A stretch of 33,179 nucleotides of DNA from a virus (Duplodnaviria; Caudoviricetes), in the IMG/VR virus record IMGVR_UViG_3300011339_000873, positions 1-33,179 of that record. One strand, given 5' to 3'. The first letter of the stretch is position 1, and each line of letters starts with the position of its first letter. Made by a program: the position numbers and the translations under genes. Of the stretch, positions 1-8,600 are shown in pieces. The notes under the pieces were generated by a model that worked only from the letters and a program-made list of their open reading frames with translations, searched no databases and had not been told where the DNA came from.

Positions 1-194
1 TTGCTGTTATCATAATGTTTTGGTGCTTCCATATTTCAATGATTTGTTCGTTTGTAAAGTAATGACCGTGATATAAAAAACCATCCTGAACTTGTTCCAG
101 TCTTGGTTCAATTCTTATAAATTCTAATAATTTGCAAATATCTTCTATTTTCATTTTAATATTTTTTTTACTAATCCTTCAATGCTTTTAGGAT
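1..194. repeat. Terminal direct repeat / circular assembly overlap (left copy)
   Basis: 1-194 matches 32986-33179 except at 127/33112, 182/33167 and 193/33178. Confidence 0.95.
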
Positions 195-492
195 CTTTGT
201 TATACGCTTCTAAAATTTTGCTCACGTTTTGCATTTCCCAAATTGGGACTGATGCAATTGTTTTTATAAAGTTGTCGTATGTTTCGTAAACAATTACACT
301 GGCTTCTTCTTCACTTTTAAACATTTTATCAAAATATTTCCATTCAACCGTTTTAAGTTGATCAATAAAATTATTGGTAAATTTTAATAAAACTTTCTTG
401 AAATAGTTATCAGATTTCATTTCGGTAATATAGTAACTTAAAACCTGTGAACTTATAACAATGTGATTAATTCTATTTGATTCTGGGATCAT
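151..492 (-). CDS. Hypothetical phage protein (113 aa)
   Basis: Intact ORF in operon; ATGA overlap with the next ORF, which starts at 154. Confidence 0.75.
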   Translation of the reverse strand: MIPESNRINHIVISSQVLSYYITEMKSDNYFKKVLLKFTNNFIDQLKTVEWKYFDKMFKSEEEASVIVYETYDNFIKTIASVPIWEMQNVSKILEAYNKDPKSIEGLVKKILK

Positions 493-510
493 AGCTTGTT
501 ATTTTAATTA

Positions 511-530
511 CCCCCTAAATTAATAGGGGG
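511..530. terminator. GC-rich hairpin after SSB gene (possible weak terminator or stability element)
   Basis: CCCCCTA-AATTAA-TAGGGGG, 7-bp stem; poor U-tract on the minus strand. Confidence 0.45.
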
Positions 531-542
531 ATTTTGTTAATA

Positions 543-863
543 CTAAAATGGTAAATCTGAATCTTCAGCATCAACTGGAGTTGCTTTAGCCTCAGAAAGT
601 TTTTTGATTTTCCAACCTGATATTGTATTGAAATACTTATCAACTCCTTCATTATTAGTCCATTTACGGCCCCTTAAATTGATATCGATTTCTACTTCTT
701 GACCTACTGCAAAATCTTTTACCAATTCGCTTTTATTACCGCCGAATTCTACTAAAATTGACTGCGGATATTGTTCCGCTGTTTCAATTACTAATTCACT
801 CTTTTGAAATCTTTCATTTCCAACATTTTCATTTTTTACTGAAATTCTTCCTGTTACTTGCAT
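543..863 (-). CDS. DUF3127-family OB-fold single-stranded DNA-binding protein
   Basis: EQYPQSI..EF, GQEVEI.INLRGRKW and KYFNTISGWKI motifs; acidic SSB-type tail DSDLPF; next to ERF. Confidence 0.85.
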   Translation of the reverse strand: MQVTGRISVKNENVGNERFQKSELVIETAEQYPQSILVEFGGNKSELVKDFAVGQEVEIDINLRGRKWTNNEGVDKYFNTISGWKIKKLSEAKATPVDAEDSDLPF

Positions 864-882
864 TTGTTTATTTATTTAGTTA

Positions 883-1368
883 TTAATAATTCTTTTCTTG
901 TTCTGTTGTTACGCTGTATTTAGTCTTAATTTGAGCCATTGTCGCCCCTGTTGCCTTCGCTTTGGCTAATATTTCAGCTGTTGCCATTGGTTTGGATTGT
1001 ACTGCCTTTTGTGCATCATCATCCTCAGAACCGATTCCACAAATAGAACTTAATGAATATCTTCTGGCATAAGTTACTCCAGATCCATAGGCCTGTGCAT
1101 CATTTATGTTTTTACAGAATATTTCAGCCAAAGATTCGAACATTTCGCCTGATTCGTGCATTAAAACTGTTTTTACAAAGTTTTTACCGTCAATATTAAT
1201 CAAAGGTTGTAATAATACAATTCCATTATTGTTTAAAGCTGGTACAACTGCTTGTAAAACATCGTTTAAATCTGCGTATTTGTTTTTAAAGAATGGATTA
1301 ACGCTCCCCTTCTTTGGTGTAATCATTTCTAATTGCGCTTTTACTAATGCTTTGGCTAAATTTTCCAT
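883..1368 (-). CDS. erf: ERF-family ssDNA annealing recombinase
   Basis: NPFFKNKYADL, TVLMHESGE and QAYGSGVTYARRYSL...EDDD signatures. Confidence 0.9.
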   Translation of the reverse strand: MENLAKALVKAQLEMITPKKGSVNPFFKNKYADLNDVLQAVVPALNNNGIVLLQPLINIDGKNFVKTVLMHESGEMFESLAEIFCKNINDAQAYGSGVTYARRYSLSSICGIGSEDDDAQKAVQSKPMATAEILAKAKATGATMAQIKTKYSVTTEQEKNY

Positions 1369-1371
1369 AAT

Positions 1372-1818
1372 TTAAAATTTTATTGTTATACTTGATTTTC
1401 TTGGTGTAGTGCTTACCACTGGTACGTCATTACCGTACATGTCAATAACATTTTGTTTTTGCGCTAATTTTAGCAATTCCGCCCTTGCATCCAGATCAGC
1501 TTTTAATTGTTGGTAAATTGGATCATCTGAATAGTTCAAAGTATTTCCGCCATTGACTGGCGTAAATTCAACACCCATAACCGTTTGTTTTTCTTCATTG
1601 ATATGTTTACGTGCTTCAATCATTGCAGTGCTTATAACCTCATTTAAACGTGCTAAATTTGCAATAAATTCCATTTTGTCAACATTACCGTTATCCAGTA
1701 AATCAGTAACCAATTTAACACCTACTTTTTGCGCTTCTTTTTTTGTGAAATTTGAATCGTACATTGTTACGAAATCTTGCGCTCTTAATTCCAAAAATGT
1801 TTCTGAATTTGCTCCCAT
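1372..1818 (-). CDS. Hypothetical protein in recombination module (148 aa)
   Basis: Intact ORF tightly packed with its neighbours. Confidence 0.8.
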   Translation of the reverse strand: MGANSETFLELRAQDFVTMYDSNFTKKEAQKVGVKLVTDLLDNGNVDKMEFIANLARLNEVISTAMIEARKHINEEKQTVMGVEFTPVNGGNTLNYSDDPIYQQLKADLDARAELLKLAQKQNVIDMYGNDVPVVSTTPRKSSITIKF

Positions 1819-1819
1819 T

Positions 1820-2065
1820 TTATTTTACTTTATCAATTAAACTTAATACTCTGTTTTTCATTCCGTGATCACTTGCTTTCAATACTTGGTAAATTATATC
1901 CAATTCATTAATTATTTCAGCTTGTAAATTGGTAAATACTTCTGTATGGCCACTTTCATAGGCTTCTGTTAAATTGGCCCACAATGGTGATGTTTCTACT
2001 TCTATTCTGTTTATTGGTGAATTAGGATTAAACCTACCTTCCTTCCATGCTTCGTAACTGTTCAT
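1820..2065 (-). CDS. Hypothetical protein (81 aa)
   Basis: Intact ORF, tightly packed. Confidence 0.7.
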   Translation of the reverse strand: MNSYEAWKEGRFNPNSPINRIEVETSPLWANLTEAYESGHTEVFTNLQAEIINELDIIYQVLKASDHGMKNRVLSLIDKVK

Positions 2066-2150
2066 AAGCTTTTGTCATTTGATTGTTATCTGAATAATAA
2101 ATGTTTCGGATTTTTAGCATCCATTCGTTGAATTTTTCTGCTTTTGTCAT
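2034..2150 (-). CDS. Small hypothetical protein (38 aa, MTKAEKFNEWMLKIRN...), not in ORF track
   Basis: Manual translation; TAATG coupling with the upstream ORF; fills the gap. Confidence 0.6.
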   Translation of the reverse strand: MTKAEKFNEWMLKIRNIYYSDNNQMTKAYEQLRSMEGR

Positions 2151-2254
2151 TAGTATCTGAATATGAAATTAAGAATAAAAATAATTGCTAAATAGTAAGC
2201 GAATTTAATCTGATAGTTTTTTTTTAGAAAGAAAGTTTTTATGATATTTTTCAT
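2150..2254 (-). CDS. Small membrane peptide (34 aa, MKNIIKTFFLKKNYQIKFAYYLAIIFILNFIFRY), not in ORF track
   Basis: Manual translation; hydrophobic C-terminal half; paralogous to 25242-25331. Confidence 0.65.
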   Translation of the reverse strand: MKNIIKTFFLKKNYQIKFAYYLAIIFILNFIFRY

Positions 2255-2387
2255 AAGTTGCTGGTTTTAATATAAATTTTGAATCTAATAATTTGTTTAA
2301 ATTTTGTTTTTGAATTCCAATTTTTTTGGAAAATTCCGCTTTGGTTAAGTTGCTTTTTTCAAATAGTTTAATTAGTTTATAGTTCAT
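2205..2387 (-). CDS. Cro/XRE-like helix-turn-helix regulator (60 aa)
   Basis: NLTKAEFSKKIGIQKQNLNKLL fits the XRE HTH pattern; basic; first gene after promoter P1. Confidence 0.75.
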   Translation of the reverse strand: MNYKLIKLFEKSNLTKAEFSKKIGIQKQNLNKLLDSKFILKPATYEKYHKNFLSKKKLSD

Positions 2388-2406
2388 AAATTATTTATTA
2401 AATTAG

Positions 2407-2453
2407 TAGTTAGGTTGAGAGTCGAACCCAATTAAGTACCACTACCCTAACTA
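2407..2453 (-). ncRNA. tRNA-like mini-element (acceptor-like stem plus T-arm, no anticodon arm)
   Basis: Minus strand: TAGTTAGG-GTAGTGGTACTTAA-TTGGG-TTCGACT-CTCAA-CCTAACTA. Confidence 0.6.
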
Positions 2454-2459
2454 TTTTTC

Positions 2460-2475
2460 CAGTATGTCAATGAAC
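2460..2475 (-). promoter_or_regulatory. boxA-like antitermination motif
   Basis: GTTCATTGACATACTG, 7 nt downstream of the -7 box; resembles rrn/nut boxA. Confidence 0.55.
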
Positions 2476-2482
2476 TATGATG

Positions 2483-2515
2483 CAAATATAATATAATATT
2501 TTAATATTACGCAAG
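2483..2515 (-). promoter_or_regulatory. Bacteroidota sigma70-type promoter P1 with operator at 2493-2510
   Basis: -7 box TATATTTG (2483-2490); TTG about 21 nt upstream. Confidence 0.8.
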
Positions 2516-2734
2516 TATTAAATCAGAAAATTTTTTATTTACTTCAAATATCTTTCCTAAAATACCTGAAAATACTATAATTTCTTCATCTGTAATTTTA
2601 AGTATTGACGCCTCAAATCTGTATTGACCATTTGCCAATTTACACATAAGTAACCCGTAATAATACTTATAAGTGAATGTAGAACCTAAATCCGTTTTAA
2701 ATTCTTTCTCGTCTAAAAAATCTTGCTTTGTCAT
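2507..2734 (-). CDS. Hypothetical early protein (75 aa)
   Basis: Intact ORF directly behind promoter P2; A-rich leader AAAACAAAACAAAATG. Confidence 0.75.
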   Translation of the reverse strand: MTKQDFLDEKEFKTDLGSTFTYKYYYGLLMCKLANGQYRFEASILKITDEEIIVFSGILGKIFEVNKKFSDLILA

Positions 2735-2765
2735 TTTGTTTTGTTTTAATGTTTCTAACTGGGTA

Positions 2766-2796
2766 CAAATATAAAATAATATTTTAATATTACAAA
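2766..2796 (-). promoter_or_regulatory. Bacteroidota sigma70-type promoter P2 with operator at 2776-2793
   Basis: -33 TTTG (2793-2796), 19-nt spacer, -7 TATATTTG (2766-2773). Confidence 0.85.
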
Positions 2797-2805
2797 TAAA
2801 AACAT

Positions 2806-2833
2806 AAAAAAACCGAAAAATTAATTTCGGCTT
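2806..2833 (-). terminator. Intrinsic terminator ending the late/lysis operon
   Basis: Minus strand AAGCCGAAATTAATTTTTCGGTTTTTTT. Confidence 0.8.
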
Positions 2834-2862
2834 TAATCGACCAAGGACACCTCAATCCGTTT

Positions 2863-2892
2863 TTTAAAGTGGTCGAATTTGACCACTTTAAA
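2863..2892. repeat. Perfect 12-bp inverted repeat after lysis genes
   Basis: TTTAAAGTGGTC-GAATTT-GACCACTTTAAA. Confidence 0.85.
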
Positions 2893-3054
2893 TTATCTGC
2901 TTAATTTATGTGCAAATGCTTTTATTATTAATTCAGTTGGAATATACTTTACAATTAACCTTAACCACCTTCCAGCATTGGTTGTATATGCACTTTCACT
3001 ATATTTGATCGCAATATCTTTTAGCGCCAAATCAATTAATTCTTTTTTATCCAT
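2893..3054 (-). CDS. Small basic amphipathic protein after endolysin (53 aa), not in ORF track
   Basis: MDKKELIDLALKDIAIKYSESAYTTNAGRWLRLIVKYIPTELIIKAFAHKLSR; starts 4 nt after the endolysin stop. Confidence 0.7.
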   Translation of the reverse strand: MDKKELIDLALKDIAIKYSESAYTTNAGRWLRLIVKYIPTELIIKAFAHKLSR

Positions 3055-3058
3055 TATT

Positions 3059-3535
3059 TTATATTTTTACATAAACGATACCGTTATCGTTTAAAGTTAT
3101 TCCTTTTTCAAATCTTGATCGCAATACTTGCCAATTAAAACCAAAGTTTTTCTCAAAGTGTGGTTTATCTTTAAAGGTTTTCCAATCACCGCCCCATTGA
3201 TAACCTTTACTCTTAAAATACGTTATTACTCGTTCCCAGTGTTCATCTATTTCCCAGCTTGCTGTTTCAAAATTGCCATCACCATTTTTATCATATAAAA
3301 GGACCACATCAAAAGCCAAACCGTAATTGTGCATACTTTGAAATGCATCTGCGTTGCTTACTTTTGGTCTTTTCATAAACAATTCGTGTTGCTCTGCTGG
3401 TGATCTATAAACGTGTGAAAATCTCAACCGAACGTGTTTTGGCAATTTATTGTTGCATTCTCGATAAAATACACCCAGTTCCTCTCTAATCTTTGGATGC
3501 GCTTTTTCAATTCTGTTTAATGAAATTTTATCCAT
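3059..3535 (-). CDS. Endolysin, peptidase M15 family (L-Ala-D-Glu type)
   Basis: YRSPAEQ, SMHNYGLAFD, WGGDW and DKPHFE zinc-peptidase motifs; likely start MDKISL at 3535. Confidence 0.9.
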   Translation of the reverse strand: MDKISLNRIEKAHPKIREELGVFYRECNNKLPKHVRLRFSHVYRSPAEQHELFMKRPKVSNADAFQSMHNYGLAFDVVLLYDKNGDGNFETASWEIDEHWERVITYFKSKGYQWGGDWKTFKDKPHFEKNFGFNWQVLRSRFEKGITLNDNGIVYVKI

Positions 3536-3788
3536 TCTTATTTGTTTTAAAGTTAATACAACTAAAAGCGTGCATTCTAACATCATCAATCTTACGATCC
3601 ATTTCTTCCAATTTCTTAAATAGAATATTGTTCAATTTTTCGGCATTTACTTGAATTTCATTTATTTTAGCTTCTAAATGTTCAATCTTCATATCCTGTC
3701 GGATTATAACATTGTTCATTTTAACGTAAATACCTATAATTGTACCTATCATTGGCAATGATCCGATAATGATGTTGATATAATCCAT
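3528..3788 (-). CDS. Lysis-cassette membrane protein (1 TM plus coiled coil; holin/antiholin-like)
   Basis: N-terminal hydrophobic segment, heptad-like C-terminus, directly upstream of endolysin. Confidence 0.6.
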   Translation of the reverse strand: MDYINIIIGSLPMIGTIIGIYVKMNNVIIRQDMKIEHLEAKINEIQVNAEKLNNILFKKLEEMDRKIDDVRMHAFSCINFKTNKNG

Positions 3789-3790
3789 TA

Positions 3791-3976
3791 TTATAATTTT
3801 GTTTTTACAAAGTTAATTAATTTATTAGGATCTTTCAACAATAATAACGCAATGATGGTAAGAATTACCTCATTAAAGGATAATTCCAAAGTATGTTCAT
3901 AGTATTTCCAGACTTGCAGAAACAAAATGCAAATCCCGATAATTGTAGTAACTACATTTAAAATTTTATTTTTCAT
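3791..3976 (-). CDS. Putative holin (2 TM segments)
   Basis: Two hydrophobic stretches, basic ends, position in lysis cassette. Confidence 0.6.
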   Translation of the reverse strand: MKNKILNVVTTIIGICILFLQVWKYYEHTLELSFNEVILTIIALLLLKDPNKLINFVKTKL

Positions 3977-4172
3977 TTATTATAGGATTATATTCTATTA
4001 ACGGCAAAGTTTTAACCCATTGAAATGATTCGTTTGTACAATTATTTACTTCCTCAATTGAAATAAACCAATTATTTTCAGCATCTAAAACTGGATTGAA
4101 ATACTGTAAATTGTCATAAGTTTGACTTGTTATAGCGTTTTTTTGTTCTGTTGTTAGTTTGTATACATTCAT
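3966..4172 (-). CDS. Small protein following the putative RBP (possible fibre chaperone)
   Basis: Intact ORF coupled to 4175-5023; function inferred from position only. Confidence 0.6.
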   Translation of the reverse strand: MNVYKLTTEQKNAITSQTYDNLQYFNPVLDAENNWFISIEEVNNCTNESFQWVKTLPLIEYNPIINEK

Positions 4173-4174
4173 AA

Positions 4175-5023
4175 TTAAATTATTTGACGAGATAAAGTTG
4201 TTTGATATGCCTGAACGGCTGTGTAAGAATTAGTCATTTCAGTATCAGTTAATCCAGTACCTATTGAGGAAAATGCACATTCTCTATCCGTATATCTTGC
4301 AATTGTGCCATTTTCATTAAATGCACAAAGTAATAAGTTTCTTGTTGGCATTGTTGTTTGGTCATTAGCCGTTGTTGTGCTTCCTATTAAACTATTATTT
4401 CTTAAAAATTTATGGCTTGTTGATGATGACCTTGTATTAACAAAAAACCCTGTCGAATCGTAAGTTACAGGAACATTTATTGCTTGTCCTGTATTGTATG
4501 ACCACATATGAGAAACCCCTCTATTGTTTACCCCACCCTCAATAGATTTAATTCTCATATGTAGCAATGGTAATGCACTTCCACTACTATATACTCCAAG
4601 TTCTGTTTTTGTTGTTGTAGTTCCTACTGTATTAGTTCTTGAGTAATAAGACATATGAACAGAATTTAAAGACAAATCAACTGAAGGAGTTATATAAGTA
4701 TTTGCATAGCTTGTACTTCCATTAGGTAAATAACCTGTTGAACTATGCGTTCCTCCTCCAAAAAATGTTAATCTATAAGCCGCATCTAAATCACGAGGAT
4801 CTTTTAAATTAAATTTATGTGTTGTAGCAGTACCTCCAACCATAGGATAAATGGCTTTCATTTTAGACCATATACCATAAGATTTAAAGTCTAAAACTAA
4901 AGTATTAATTGCTATTTGTTGCGTAGTATTTGTTATTCCTGTTGCAGTTATAAAAGCAGTAGCATCTGGATCAAATACAATAGCAGATGCCTTTTTCATT
5001 GAACTAATTAAACTATAATACAT
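4175..5023 (-). CDS. Putative receptor-binding protein with ConA/LamG-like beta-sandwich
   Basis: Ser/Thr/Gly-rich beta-strand pattern; end of tail module; fold assignment is recognition by eye. Confidence 0.55.
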   Translation of the reverse strand: MYYSLISSMKKASAIVFDPDATAFITATGITNTTQQIAINTLVLDFKSYGIWSKMKAIYPMVGGTATTHKFNLKDPRDLDAAYRLTFFGGGTHSSTGYLPNGSTSYANTYITPSVDLSLNSVHMSYYSRTNTVGTTTTKTELGVYSSGSALPLLHMRIKSIEGGVNNRGVSHMWSYNTGQAINVPVTYDSTGFFVNTRSSSTSHKFLRNNSLIGSTTTANDQTTMPTRNLLLCAFNENGTIARYTDRECAFSSIGTGLTDTEMTNSYTAVQAYQTTLSRQII

Positions 5024-5379
5024 TATGCTTCCTGATTTAATCCAACAATATCAAATTTAGTATCCGTATCATTCCATATACAACCTAAATACAAAGTTTT
5101 ACTTATTACGGTAGTAGTTGGCAAAGTTATACCTATTGCTCTATAATTAGTACCAAATGCAATACTTCTAGCCGTTCCGTTATCTTTAATTCTAATCATT
5201 AAAGCCTGACCTTGTACCATTGTGCCAGTTGGATTAGCAATTGTCAATCCAACCGCTTGAGCAGTAATAACTACCAAATCATTTGCGCTGGTAGGTGTAA
5301 CCGTTGCTGAACTTGTTACAGTTTGAACTACTGGATTAATTTCCAATTGCCCTCTCGATATTAGTTTTGTTCCTTGCAT
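5023..5379 (-). CDS. Tail fibre-associated beta-sandwich protein
   Basis: LTIANPTGT..QGQ.LMIRIKDNGTARSI motif typical of phage fibre distal domains. Confidence 0.6.
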   Translation of the reverse strand: MQGTKLISRGQLEINPVVQTVTSSATVTPTSANDLVVITAQAVGLTIANPTGTMVQGQALMIRIKDNGTARSIAFGTNYRAIGITLPTTTVISKTLYLGCIWNDTDTKFDIVGLNQEA

Positions 5380-5603
5380 TATAAATAATAATTAGATTTT
5401 GTTTCAGGATTTAAATTCTCGTACAATATAGGTGTCATTTCAGCAATAAAACTACTTAAATCAGCAGTTGCATCCGCTAAATTATTGTAGGTTCTATGTG
5501 TATCAATTATGTTTATCAATTCCAAATTTGTTGGAAATAATCTAACATTTACCTTTGAATCATCCAAAGTAATGTTTTGGCTTTGTAGTGTAAATTGTTC
5601 CAT
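5379..5603 (-). CDS. Hypothetical protein in tail fibre cassette (74 aa)
   Basis: Intact ORF; TAATG coupling. Confidence 0.65.
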   Translation of the reverse strand: MEQFTLQSQNITLDDSKVNVRLFPTNLELINIIDTHRTYNNLADATADLSSFIAEMTPILYENLNPETKSNYYL

Positions 5604-5604
5604 A

Positions 5605-8600
5605 TTATAAAGAATAAACTCCTAATGTTAATAAATCAAATTGACCTGTATTTGTAACTCCAGCACCCATACAACGTGAGGCTGTAAAATTCAACCCTTG
5701 AGTTGCTAATGGTAAATTTGTTGTAATTGTACCCATTGCAATATCACCTGTTTCTTTATTTCTTACGCAATATTTTACTTCACTTGCATTGTTTTCGCTG
5801 TAAATTTCAATTGAGTAAACTGTTGTTAATGCGCTTCCTGCTGTTCGATTTGCTGGGAAATTTGCGCCTAAATTTACTTTTGTACAAACACCAGATCCAT
5901 CATTATGGAATACTTGTAAGTTTGTATCCAAAGCATCTGAACCAATACCGATAACATTTAGCATTGTTTCAACCAAAACAGAATCAGAATAGGTAAGATC
6001 AGAAGTTTGACCAATCATTCCGTAAAATTGACGGCATCCACTACCAAATGCAGTATCTGAAATATAAACATCACAAACATATTTAAATCCACCACCTAAA
6101 TACCAAAGCAATGCAGATCCTCTTGTTCCTGTATAACGACCAGCAGAAACAACTGAACCATAAAAACCTTTTCTTACTTGCTTACTTGCGTAATTTGTCG
6201 ATGCAACAGATCTTGCAATTGTTGAGCCTGTTGTGGCTATTGTTATACCTCCGCTTGTTACTTCAGTAGTTGAGTTGTTTGAATAAGCTACACCTCTATA
6301 TGTTTCGTTCCCCCTTAATTTTGGTATAAATCCTTCATAATTTGGTATATTTAAAGTTCCGCCAGTAAAAGTTGCAACACCACTAAAATTGTTAGTTGTT
6401 AGCGTTATTGCATTTTGTTTGTTGTTAAATGTAGTCCAGTCTGTTGAAGCTAAATAACCACTATTAGAACCTGAAGCCTGACCTATAATTGATTCAATAT
6501 TTGAATTTGTCAAAAAACCATCAATTTGTGATTTTGTATAATACTCTAAAACTCCAACACTTGTAGGTGTATAAAGAATGTTTATTTTATCACCAGTTTG
6601 TAAAGTATCTGATATTGTTAATGTTGTAGTTACAAAAAAATACTGACTACTATTAAGTTCCTGACCATTAACAAAAACCGCATAAATATCTGAAGGAGTG
6701 CCAGACAATGTGAAAGTTTGAGCACCTGAAAAACTAAACTCTTGCCTTGTTAATGGTACACCTAACAATAAATTTCCTGAACCTAAAACACTATTTCCAT
6801 TTATAGTTTTAATGTTTGTTCCTGAAACTAAAGCATCCTGTTTTCCGTTAAATGTACTCCAATTTGCCGAACTTAAAGCTCCTCTATTTGTTGCAGATGC
6901 AGTTGGTAAGTTGAAAGTGTGCGTATCAGTAGCCGAACTAATAGCAAAATCAGTCCCGCTTGTACCCGTTGCAAAATATTGAGATTGTTCTGTTAACCCA
7001 TTTAAAGCATTTAAACCCGTAGAAAATGTAGTTATAATTTGCGATAAATGGCTGTTTTCGGTGTGCATTGTAATCGTTCGACCACTATGCAATACATAAA
7101 ATCTTACGGCTAATCTATCTGTCGCAAGTAATGTAGTAGGAGGTACTGCTAAAGTTGTTAAATACAAATCAATATTTGTACCGCCTGTTATATTTTCAGG
7201 TTGTGCAGAATTTGAAGATATTAAAGTAAAAGTTGTTCCGTTATATTTATATAATTCCATATAAAATTGAGGACTACCACCACCTGAAGAAGCGCTAAAA
7301 TACGTTTCAAAATTCCAATTACCCGCTGGAATTAATAATTTATTTGGATTGCCTGAATCAGTAATGAATTGAGCAATATAACCGTCTGCATTTATAGTAA
7401 AATCCGTTCCCGCACCAATTACTGGTGTTCCATCCATTTCTTTGTAAGCAACACCGCCAATTGTACCCTGTGAAACACTACCATTCAAATAGTAAGAAAC
7501 AGAAGCCCCACCACCGCCTGTAGTTGGGAAATTTGCTAAAGTTCCATCACCACGAACGTATTGAGAAGCAACCCCAGCACCTGTTACCGCAATATCTCCA
7601 CTTGATGTTATTGGACTATTTGTAACACTAAATGCGCTCGGCATTGTCAATCCTACGCTTGTTACTGTGCCACCAGTTAAATCATCGGTTGTAGCAATTG
7701 TATAACTACCAACTGCTTTCTGTGGAAATTCTAAATTGACATTATTTGCCGTTAAATTATTAGCTTGAATTGTTCCTTCAAAATCTCCGCTATTTATTCC
7801 AAGTTTTCCAGTATTTTCAATAAATGCATAAGCGCCTGTAGCATCGCTTTCAGTTGTTACATTTGTTCTATTTACAATACTATAATCATCACCAAGTTGT
7901 ACATTTAAAGCATTTGTTGTGGTGTTACCCAAATCAGTAACATTTTGCAAATTTTCTGTTCCAATTACTTGCAATTCCCAAACGGCTGCATCATCTGTCG
8001 CATCTGTGCAAACATATAAAGTACCATTATCTAAAAGCCATCTGCTACCAATTACAAAACCTTTGGTTATATCGTCATAAATAGTTGGTGTAGTTGTGAA
8101 ATTATGGCTTACTTCTCTAATTGTAACACCGCCATCACCCATCACATAAAGCCTTCCAGCTTCCCATTTCAATTCATAACCAACAGCGCAAATCTGGGCC
8201 ACACCTTTTGAGCCACCATAACCAGCATCAATAGTTCCCTCTTTTAATTTAGATCCATTATCTAATACAACACCGCCACCAGTTCCAAATATAGCATTGG
8301 CATCATTTATTAAAATAATATCATTTGTAGTTGTATTTCCGTTATCCGTTACACCTTGCAAATCTTGTGAACCACCGCCACCAGTACTTGATATAATTGG
8401 ATTTAAAGGATCAGTGTCATCAATTGTTACATTTGTTCCAGCAACAACACTTTCAATGTACGATGTTGGGATGTCCCCATCCCTATTAAAACCCGTATAT
8501 TTGAGCGCTTCCAATCTTAACATTAAAGCCTGTGCGCTTGCAAATGTTTCTGGAGTACCCATATCAGTATCATCATAAACTGTGATATCAGTATATGAAT

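Noticed and set aside
1-194. True T7-like physical terminal repeat
   Set aside because: The repeat boundary lies inside ORFs and the terminase type suggests headful packaging; an assembly overlap is more likely
2432-2445. Trans-pairing of the tRNA-like linker (AGTGGTAC) with the helicase leader loop (TCTTCCAC)
   Set aside because: Only 4 contiguous base pairs; too weak to claim
2407-2453. Canonical tRNA gene or attP
   Set aside because: No anticodon arm, no proper D-stem, no CCA and no integrase in the genome; kept only as a tRNA-like element
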